From Botryllus schlosseri (Eukaryota), in assembly GCA_051294905.1 (NCBI GenBank), contig CM119371.1:13456001-13520000 (forward strand): a stretch of DNA of 64,000 nt. Reading direction: 5' to 3'. The position numbers and the translations under genes were made by a program. This document shows positions 26,011 to 36,065 of the stretch, in pieces. A model generated the notes under the pieces. That model saw nothing but the letters and a program-made list of their open reading frames with translations, made no database searches and was not told the origin of the DNA. The stretch's first letter is position 1; every line of letters begins with the position of its first letter.

Positions 26011-27884
26011 TATGTGGAAAAACACCTGATTTGCATTCGTTAGGTCAAAATGTGTTCAAAATTAAGTTAACCAAGGTCAAATAATGTCAAAATTTTGATT
26101 TTTTTGGTCAAAATCTTCTATTTTCAAGGTCAAAAAAATTGCCCTACCAATAACTCAGGCCCACAAAAAAAATCAAAAGGCATCATATGCTAAATCGATA
26201 CAGGGGTATGTCAGGGACGCTCAGTCCGAAAATGTTATCAGTTTGAGCCGAATTGGCACTAATTTTTCAGATATTGCTTCTTCCTACACAAACCATGAAT
26301 ATATCTCTTATATTGAGTAACATTGGTCATATCTAGCTTGTGAGGTAGCATAAGCCTCAGACTAGTTAATATCTTCCAACACTATCATAAGCACTGCAGT
26401 GTACCAAAGCGATGATATAGTAACTTTTATACTGAAAGACATGAATTAGAGGCTATTTTGCTGCATAGCCAGCTCACCCCAATTAGTACTCCATTTGAGC
26501 TGCAATAAAACAGAAAAATGACTGATATAACCTGCTCAAAGACAACATATTCTATTGAACTCAGGCTGTGTCCCACGTTAACATTTTCAGAAATTCTAAT
26601 TCATGGGTGTTCAAGAATATTTTATAAAAAGGAGCGATACAGCAAGACGTAGACAGGGCCATAATGACTCGGATTTGTTTCGACATCTGTGACCGGTACA
26701 CGATAAACACTTAGCCATTAAATATATGAGCTTTCACCAAGACAGCTTACAAAGAGTACCTTGGCACTTTTGGAGATCAATTCAAATGCTGGGGACCTCA
26801 TGCAGTCTGCAAGCATTACACTGAAACTTTGCTCGTGTGGACTCGAGGAATTGAGTCAAATCGATGAAATTTGGAATTGCCGTTGTTATGCCCGAGCCAG
26901 AAAACCAACATGATGATTTTAAATTGAAAGAAGAGAGAAGGAAGAAGCAAAGTTATTGTAGTAGGAAATTTTGGATTTGAAAAGATACCTGAATTATCAA
27001 CGAAATACTCACATAACTTCGCTTCTACCGGTTGGAATTGTGTTAAATTTGCTTTGCATTGTTTTTGTAGACAACGTATAAATTTTATGGGGAGGGGGGC
27101 AGTAAACTTTGAAAAAATTATTTTGAAATATTTTATAATAAATTCTAAATTTTAGATCTGTAACAGCTTCACGATTACCGGATGGAATTGATTGAAATTT
27201 GGTGTGCATCCTTCATTTATGCAACCGGACGACTTAATTACCTAGCAACCAAGATTGGAAGCTGTTAAAAAAATTTAATTTTCAAAAATTCACCAAAATA
27301 TGAACAAAATGTAAGGTTGCATTAAAAAATGCAGCATACCAAATTCGACTCCATTCCAAGCACTGGCAGTTGTCCAATTCCAACGTCAAGTTTCGATCAT
27401 TTGACAGAACGTACCGTCATATTTCTGGTGACCAATTCTGATCAAGCGCCGTGTACCAGGCAAGAAGGAAAAGCGACACTTCTTTATGTGTTTCATCTTG
27501 AAAAGGGCCTGCAATAGAGTTTAAGCAAAGACATCACAAATTGATATTAAAATCCATTATGAGACTTATTCGTCGAAAATTGGTAAGCCATAGTTAATAT
27601 AATTTGCATATGAATGCTTGCCACATAGAACGGAGAGGAAATATGTTTTATAAGTGATAGTCAATATCTGGACCTTCTTTTGTCCGTTCAATGTGAATGA
27701 TTATGAAACGTCACAAGCTTGTTGTAAGTTTCCTCAGAATTTATCCAATTGTTTTTTCCGTAATGTGGGAGTGTCTATATAGCAAGATAATTACTACTTA
27801 TAAGTCATTATTGTCGGCGAATATCAATCATTTGAAGAGCTTCTTGGAGGTGCAGAACTTCAATACACAAGTATATTCATACTG

Positions 27885-28250
27885 AAACATTACAATAACA
27901 ATCAATTTTCCATAGTTCCTCGTGGTCGTTCTCTTCTTCATTTAAAGGTTCTTGACTCAACCATTATAAAGCTGCTAAAGCCGATCCTCTATCGCCAGAA
28001 GGAACATCTCTACACGCTGGGAATCTTCCATTAGTGTTGTTTTGTCAATCGGCTGTTTTACAGCTGATTTTGTGTGCGTTGTACCGTAACCGTGCGTTGT
28101 TTACTGCCGCTCACGACTCTGTGTACTTGTCATTATTACGTCACAAAGACAAAATTCCTTCTGTATTTCGAACTTGGCTAACCTCATTTACTGGCGTTCA
28201 CTCCTGAAGAGGGCCAGTCGAAAAGCTTCGACTGGAATAAATTTGCAATA
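27885..28250 (+). mobile_element. 3' fragment of a Penelope-like retroelement (GIY-YIG C-terminus plus pLTR with hammerhead)
   Basis: 27885-28034 reads KHYNNNQFSIVPRGRSLLHLKVLDSTIIKLLKPILYRQKEHLYTLGIFH*, matching the F-x-I...L-x-x-L-[ED]...I...P-x-L terminal motif of PLE endonucleases; followed by a hammerhead and AATAAA. Confidence 0.75.
28190..28236 (+). ncRNA. Hammerhead ribozyme family B in a Penelope-like pLTR
   Basis: UUCACUC-CUGAAGA-G(GGCCAGU)C-GAAA-AGCU-UC^-GACUGGA; palindromic stem III AAGCUU; upstream ACUGGC pairs with loop II GCCAGU; AATAAA follows. Confidence 0.78.
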
Positions 28251-30766
28251 TGAACGTATTGTTTGCTGCAATAATGGTTATATTGCAGTGGATTCACGCT
28301 GTTGGGCCTACTGACAGTAACAATAATTTGAATATCCCAAGTCTCGTTTGCAGATGCCTAGGCCTGGGCCAAAGTTGTTCCTGATGTTGACAAACGACCA
28401 ATTTTATTTTTAAACGACAAAATAGGCCAGCGGTTTACGCAGAATTAGTTGCAGATAATTTTCAGGTATTTTGTCAAGTACAATGTATCAGTATGCATAT
28501 GGCGACCCCATTATATGCAGGTTACTACGTAAAGAAATAATATTATCAACTCACCGACAAAGGATATCATCGAAATCCATAAGCGCTGCGTCTTGAAATG
28601 GGTGTCTCAAGTAGACGCCATCTGTCTGGAAGAACATGCTGATTAAGTATTGAAAATTTGCAAAAATACATTTGGCGGGCATACAAAAGGCTGAAAATAC
28701 TTCAAATAAAGTCGAATCAAGCTTTGAAATGAATTATAATTCAATTTCAAGTTCAAAGTCATTTTTGCAAACAGTTTTCTTCTTTTCAAAGCGCTCAACT
28801 GAGACAATTGTATACGCGAAGCACAGAGCACGTATGGCTGAAATTCGAAAAAGTGACGGTCTCACACCTCTAATAACGAAGTGTTTTATGGCAGACTTGT
28901 AAAACTTGAAAATTTTCAGTTTCTCCAAATTAGATTAGAACTACAGCTAAAAGTCTTTTCCAAATTAGAGTAAAGTAGGAATTCTAGTTAAAGTAGGTTA
29001 CAAGATCTAAAATGTCAAATGAAAATTCACCGACAGTGCAAACGTCTACGATACAAACGAAATGCAGGTTGCAAAATAATTTTGACTTTGTTAACAAATT
29101 TGACAAATTTTTTGACCTTACGCTACAATTTCGACAAAATTTTGACAACTTAGGACTTGTCAAAAAAAATGGCACTAGTTCTGACAAATTCAATAAGTAA
29201 TAAAGTAGAAACAGTAGGCCTAATAGTAATAAACAACTACTTGAATAAGTTGTGTATTATTTACCATGAAACCCAGTGGAGGGCCGGACCAACTTCCTTT
29301 AATCATCCTGAAGCTGCAAGTCCAAGGTACATGAGCTCGTACGATAGATGCTGTTGCGAAACGTTCATCCCGTCTGATAACCTGTGATGGTATACAGCGA
29401 GTTGGGGCGTCTACGGATAGCGGCTAAAAATATACTTAACTGGCAGTATAGCTGAGAAGCACGTCCTGGGTGACTAGCAGTTCCACAGACATTCATTGCC
29501 TTTTCCACGAGCTTGCGGAACAGCGTGTAACTTTTAACCAATGAAGAAATATTCATTAACAAGTGGACGTTAAATAGGGTGTAGAAGCTGCCAAGGACTT
29601 ACGTTAATAAAATATAGTGAACTGAATTGTCAGAGTTGGAACGACTCGAGTCCTACTCGAGTCACGATGGCTTATTGATGACTCAACTTGACTCGAGTTA
29701 TTTTTACAAATGCATAAAATAACTCGACTCGAATCAAGTCATATGAGTCGAAACTAGGACGGCCGAGAATAGCGACGTCACCACATTATTGGTATTACGT
29801 CTATCAGTCCTAATACTTGGAAAATAGCAGGGTTGTAATGACTCGACTCGAGATTTTCTGGTGACTTGACTTGAGTCATTCTCTTGAAAAGGAAAAATGA
29901 CTCGACTTGTACTCGAGTCATTGCGCACGACTCGGACAAAGTCATATGACTCGAGACTAGGTCTACCAAGACAGGCATTTCCTTGTAATTTCGAAGAATA
30001 GTAAAGTTATCAAACCATTATGATTTCGTCGATCAGTAGTCAGGACCGATGCTTGAAAATGCTACCAGAAACTGTTAGAAGTGAGAAAAATTAAGATATT
30101 ATCAATGCAAAGCAATCGATATCACCAACCAGAGTTGAAAAAAGTGGGTTTTACATGACAGTATCTGGGAAATGAACTGTCAACACAATGACTTGGACTC
30201 GGACTCAATTCAAAACACTATGACTCAGACTGAAAACTCTACTCCGTGACTTGGAATCGGACTTGACTCGGTGATGAATTGAAAATGACTCGACTTGACT
30301 CGAGTCAAAACTATAGAAGTGAGACTGACTTGTGACTTGGTTACAATCCTGCTATAGGCCTAATACGAATGCAAGCCATTTTATATCACTCGAGCAGAGT
30401 TGAAAGAGTGGGATGGACTGGAGTGCACTCAAAACTGAACTGTGAACACAATGACTTGTATGCAGATTCAAATTTGAAATTTGGATAATTTGACAAAAAG
30501 TACCTGGTGGCAAATATCGTTGCATTGTCATCATCAAAAATCGTGTCCCAGGCATGAAAGGAGAGTGATGCTTTTCCACGTGTTTCATCTTGAAAAGGGC
30601 CTGCGATAGAGTTTCGACAAAGACATTACAAATTGACAATATAAATATTCATGAGACTGATTCACTGGAAACTAGCCAATCTCACAGTTCAGTAAGATTG
30701 CTATTTTAAAATTGGCTGGCTTTAAATAGCCCTACTACTCAGCAAGTAAGAGGTTGTGGAAACCAG

Positions 30767-30768
<2 letters not shown>

Positions 30769-30796
<28 letters not shown>
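30769..30796. repeat. (TA)n microsatellite
   Basis: Visible AT dinucleotide run. Confidence 0.9.
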
Positions 30797-30801
<5 letters not shown>

Positions 30802-30802
30802 T

Positions 30803-31500
30803 TAGGGTGAATTTTTGGACATTTCAAAATAAGTCAAAATTGTAGCGTTAAATTTTTTGATCGAAGTCAAAATTATTTTGCAACCTGCATTTCGTTTGTA
30901 TCGTAGATGTTTGCACTATAGGTCAATCTATCATTTCCATTTCACATCTTTTAACCTACTTTATAGGCCTGCCGTTGTACACGGCCCATTATCTGCTCAT
31001 TGTGAATCAAAAACAGCCAAATGAAACGAATAGATTTACATGGTGTGATGCTGAGCGTACCGCAATATCCTAACTAAACAAGACTGCGTGGACATTGGTT
31101 CTTATATCAAGAAGCGCATGATGAAAAATTGTGATGTAGACAACATTGTCAGAATGAAGCAACACGGTTTGTCACCAGCAGTGTACGCACAACTTCAGTG
31201 CAGGCAGCCAACAACTGCTGCTGTTGAACGTTCTTTCTCCATTCTTGGCAAGCTACTTAGTAAGGACAGACACTTTCTACCCGAGAATGTAGGAAATTAT
31301 CTTTTCTTGTACTGCAACAAATTTTAATTATTTCTATCATAATGTGTGACGTAACTACTGGAATTCTTCATAGGTTGATATTCGTTAAAAAAAAGTTTTT
31401 TCATCTAAAAATTTGTCAGTTTTCAAGCCAAATAAGTTTTTTCAGTCCAAACTACTTCGTAAGGACAGACAGTTCCAACCAGAAATGAAGGAAATTAGTA
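30803..31500 (+). mobile_element. Copy of the ~800-bp hAT family with the best-preserved coding remnant (31088-31327)
   Basis: [31 protein letters not shown]. Confidence 0.78.
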
Positions 31501-32009
31501 GTGGAGTCGTATGATTGTAATTTTGAAGAATAGTAAAGTTACCACACTATTGGTATTTTGTTAACTAATACTGGTACTAGAAAATGCGTTCAGAAACTGT
31601 GAGCGAGGAAACTTAGTATAGGCCTATTATGAATGTGAAGAATTCAATATCACCGAGCAGAGCTGTAAAAAGTGGGCCTAACAAAACTTCAACTCGTAAC
31701 TGAACACGTGAACAGTCCGCACAATCACTTGAACTCGAGTCATAACCGCCCACTTGGACTCGGTGCTAAATTGAAAATGACTCGACTTGACTCGAGTCAA
31801 AACTATAAAAGTGAGATTGTCTTGCGACTAGGACCCTTGCGACTTGGTTACAACCCTGTCGATACTTCCGTGAAACATGGTTTTTACTCCATGTCGATTT
31901 CGCGTCTACATTATGCACTGGGCAGATTTTTGCTAGTTCCAAATGCTTAGGGAAGCACCCTAGTTTGGAAAACATATTGGAACATAAGATATAGATTCAT
32001 GTACTATAC

Positions 32010-32715
32010 CTGCAAGGAGTTGATTTGGGATCTGGTGATGTCATGCTAATTTCCAGAACACAAGAGAGTAGATTATATATTCAACTTCTGCTGGTGGTGA
32101 TGATTTGAAGAACGCGAACGTGCTGAACCTTGTGAGGTATGCTGTCGGACTGATTGCAGACGCCGTGTGGGATTTCGACATTGCATTGTCTTGCTCAGTC
32201 ACCGCCACATTGATTTCTGAATCCAAAGCAATCTGGTTCAAGTAATAGATTAATGTTTGCACTGTCACATGCAGGGCGCATTATCAGAATTTGCTCATAA
32301 TATCCAAGTAGAGGCCAATACATAGAAATCAGATATTCTTCAGTACGGACAAAAATTAGCTAATTTGAAGTAGTTGGCAGTTGAATCTAGACCACCGGTT
32401 CCTAACTAACCGTACGCTGAATTCGAATGAACATCAATTCACAAAATAACCGTCCGAAATTCATAACGATTAGATTACTTCAACGAACTTGTGCGGAAAA
32501 TCCAGAATTACAGTAGCGTGCGAAATTCGCCAGTCCTTGCTGATACGAGCCAATATATCAATTGATATAATTTACGGTGGGCCGACGAGCTTACTCAACT
32601 CATCCTGTTGCCAGTCTAAGGATATTACCTCGTACAACAGGTGCCGTGTGATTATGTGTGCCACGGACACCGATTCAATGCTGTCTATTGAGGGCTGGTC
32701 AAATCGAGCATTAGC
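32010..32715 (-). pseudogene. C-type lectin plus SUEL/galactose-lectin-like exon remnant
   Basis: RCPWHT*SHGTC/YEVISLDWQQ ... SDG ... NRWSRFNC, then ACDSANINLLLEPDCFGFRNQCGGD*ARQCNVEIPHGVC; donor gtatag at 32009. Confidence 0.45.
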
Positions 32716-32735
32716 CTAAGCTAGGAAGCTTCAAG

Positions 32736-33675
32736 CAGTGTTGGGATCAAGTCACTACCTTCGAGTTACGAGTCATTTCGAGTCATTGCACATTTTGACT
32801 CGAGTCAAGTCAAGTCAATCGCTTTCGAAGGTGACTCGAGTCAAGTCAAGTCACTCGAATTTCGGAGTCAAGTCAAGTCAAGTCACGAGTCAAGTCACAA
32901 TTCAAGTCAAGTTGCCTTTTCGAAGTATGAGGCATGTTTACGTCATTGCATTTTGCTAGCTGTCTGAAATACATATTGAGTGGTTATTGATTCTGGACCT
33001 ATGAACGAATATAGAGTTAAATATATACGCAAGAAGGCGCTTTATTGATCACATATACGTAGAAATGCTCAACTACGTTAGTAATTGCATAGCCAGAGAT
33101 TATAGTTACCAGCCAAAATAGAGAATAGAGAAACGAATTGATAAGATGTGATACATTACTCATTTACAAATTGATATGATACAATTCCAACCTTCGCACT
33201 ATATTGGAATTCAATTTCAATAAAGCAAAAGGTTTGGTTAAGTTAAGAACAGAGAACAGAAATAGACATTTTGCTAAGAAATTACTTTACTATACTAGTT
33301 TACGACAACGTAAGCTGTAAGCTTCGATCACTTCGTTTGCGATCAATTTATTTGTGAGAGAACAATGGGGTCTCAGTAAAACGAACGATCATTGAATGAT
33401 TGGTCGCTCTCATAGGTTACACCACTCACCAGCATTTCGCGTACAATCCGAACACATGCAAGATACAATGATTTTGATCGACATCGATTGCTTGATGACT
33501 CGAAATTGACTCGTGAATTTTGCTCCAAGTCACGAGTCAATCCGCATTTTTTATACGCCGAGTCAAGTCAAGTCAAGTCATTTTAGCAAAGTGACTCGAG
33601 TCAAGTCAAGTCATACGAAAAAGGTGACTCGAGTCTGACTCGAGTCAAGTCATGACTCGAGTCATCCCAACACTG
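32736..33675. mobile_element. hAT MITE with GTCAA/GACTCGAGTC subterminal arrays
   Basis: TIR CAGTGTTGGGAT; perfect TSD GCTTCAAG. Confidence 0.88.
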
Positions 33676-33964
33676 GCTTCAAGATGTGCCAAGTATTTGA
33701 ATGCCACTCATTAACACATTATACTTAGTAAGAGTAACTTTAAAAGTCAAAATACGTACACCTTTTTGTGACTTTATGAAAGATAATGCCACTTACACAT
33801 CATCCATAATAACAATTTCGTGCTTTGTGTCCATGATCGTTTCATCGTGCTTTGTGACAATGCAGTCAATGCGCAGGCTAAAACATAGTAATGTCGTTGT
33901 CAAGAGTGACGGTAGCATTATGGTATGTGGTAAGCCTAACTGATTTGGACATAGGCATCATTGA

Positions 33965-35624
33965 TAGGGCTACCATACGTCCTTCTTTGGAAGGATTTGT
34001 CCTCCTTTTTCAGGTTTTTGAAAATGTCCTCTGAGGACGCATAAATGTAAAATGTCAAATTTTTTGAGAATTTGTCCTCCTTTACAGCTTTTAGAGTCAA
34101 GGAATGGGCATAAATGGCGCTATATAGGAAATTTGTGGTTCGAACGAAAGAGACAACCTCAATTTTTTAGTCGTGAAAAATTCACCATTTTTTTCCGAAT
34201 TCTACGTCTGATATGACCCTGATATGACCAATCAAAGTTTGAAGGCTTCCCTAATGGGGAAGGCAGTACACAAAGACAATGTCAAGCTGATAAAAACTCT
34301 TCAGTAGTGAGAGCGTATAGAGGTTGTTGCCTCAATTTGGATTTGAGTACTCGAATTATTGAGCTCATTCTCAACTACGGTATATAGTGCGTGCTATAAA
34401 CAGATTCATATTCTGAAAGCGGTTCTAGAGTTCCACCCGCTCACCCCGTTAGCTAAATCTATAGGCTATATAGCCAAGAGCCTACGAGAACTGCGGCTTA
34501 TACCGGTGCGCATAAAATCAGAAATAGTCGGGTGTTGCACTCGACTTGAAAGAGGTTTGATATATTACTTGCGCTATCACTGTACCTTTTTCCGTCGGCC
34601 TCTATTTCATCACATGTACGTCTGTCTACGACGATCGAACCGATTATTTCCTCAACAACTTGAATTTCCCAGCGTTAACTTCATTTGACCGACTATCGCA
34701 GATCAACTGGGAACTAGCGACCCACGTTCCGGCGTAAGTGATTTCAGAAATCAGCTGACCTGCTGAGACACTAGTGTTGTTTTATGGGTATTGGGTATTC
34801 ATCCATGGCGATTGGCGAACATGCCGAGCCGACTTTATTAATCGCTTACGAAGTTATGAAATGCTATCGCCGACGTATACGAAAAAATTAATCCAATATA
34901 CGTACCCTGATCTTTTCATGAAATTTTTCATAAATCAAGATTTCTTTTTAGACATTGACTATTCGTCAAGTACATTGGCGTGACGTCATGTACGTAGCGA
35001 ATGGTGTGCTACGTCATAGTCGCTCGGAACGCAGTTTTACGCCATGTAAGATGTAACGTAACAGGCGAGTCCAAGAAGTGTGCCAGAACGATGGGCGGTG
35101 AGAAAACCCGGGCCAAAAGGGACTGCTCTTATGCTAGGGTTACCATATTTTGTAAATCCGAAAAGTGGACACTTTTTCAAAATCTTCAGACTTACAATAT
35201 TGGAGTAAAATCCTGAAATAATTGTAAATTTTTCCCGACTTTGCAATCGGTTGACTATAAAAAAATGTCATCATTCCGGCTCAAATCCAAAATTACCGTC
35301 TTTCTATGAGACTTTCCGTGGGTTGACTATAAAAATGTCAACTTTTCCGGCTCAGCTCCCGAAATACCCGCACGGCGTTACTTCAGTGCTGATTTACTGT
35401 ATCTCAGTCGAATTTTACCCCATATTTAGCCAATATTCTCAAAAAAGAGGACATTTGGGCGTCCTCCGAGGATACTTTCAATTAAGCCACAAAAGAGGAC
35501 AGATCCTCTCAAAAGAGGACGTATGGTAACCCTACCTCTGAGGGACGAATTTTCAAAAAGGAAGACATTTTCGATTTCCTGAAAAAGGACAAATCCCCCT
35601 AAAAGGAGTATATACCGTATCCCT
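33965..35624. mobile_element. hAT-type element (TAGGGYTACCATA termini) with a nested related MITE at 35135-35534
   Basis: TAGGGCTACCATACGTCC at 33965, TAGGGTTACCATA at 35135, GGACGTATGGTAACCCTA ending at 35534; GTCCTC/GAGGAC repeats; TSDs not resolved. Confidence 0.55.
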
Positions 35625-35936
35625 ACCCAACTAGAAATGCTCTTTTCTTAAAATCTGCAACCAACTACAACTAGATAGATTCCTAGCTTGCTAAAGTTCG
35701 ATCACGCTCCTCATTAACACCAGCTAACACAATATTGAAATTAACCCACATATATATAATGCGCGAGGGTAGTAATTGGAATTGCAAGAAAGATCAGAAA
35801 CCATATCAACAATAACGTATCAAAAGGAACTGCATGATTACTAGGATGGCACTATATTTTCTAGTTTAAATCCGCTACGCAGGTACTAAATCTTCGACAC
35901 AAAACGCCCTTTCCTGGACTCGGCAATCTGGTCTAG

Positions 35937-36065
35937 TCATCGCAGAGTGACAAGCTCCTCGGAAGAGGTGGGATGTATAGCGACGCAACTGTCGAAATCT
36001 TGTTTGGTGGCGCCCATCTTGATCGCGACGCCAAACCCTTGCAGCATTTCATCACAGCCGTTACC
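35937..36065 (-). CDS. GSR: GSR exon 8 ([11 protein letters not shown]...[12 protein letters not shown])
   Basis: ttccag acceptor, catalytic His-Glu motif HPTSSEE, TGA stop. Confidence 0.95.
   Translation of the reverse strand, partial: GNGCDEMLQGFGVAIKMGATKQDFDSCVAIHPTSSEELVTLR

Larger units (their letters stand above)
1..33877 (-). pseudogene. Decayed polycystin-1-like (PKD1L2/REJ-type) gene; probably continues beyond the left edge
   Basis: Splice-site-bounded, stop- and frameshift-ridden exon remnants in canonical order: CTLD+SUEL (32010-32715), further CTLD-like exons (29265-29590, ~26650-26900), GPS SHLSVFAG (16196-16219), TM1 (12840-13105), PLAT (10535-10927), TM segments (10030-10225, 9360-9957, 6900-6956), TOP-like (1298-1775), TM-like (1-350). 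Recognised by motif only. Confidence 0.62.

Noticed and set aside
35937..36065. Thioredoxin reductase or selenoprotein read-through at the TGA
   Set aside because: The protein ends at the GR-typical ELVTLR, and there is no GCUG-type tail.
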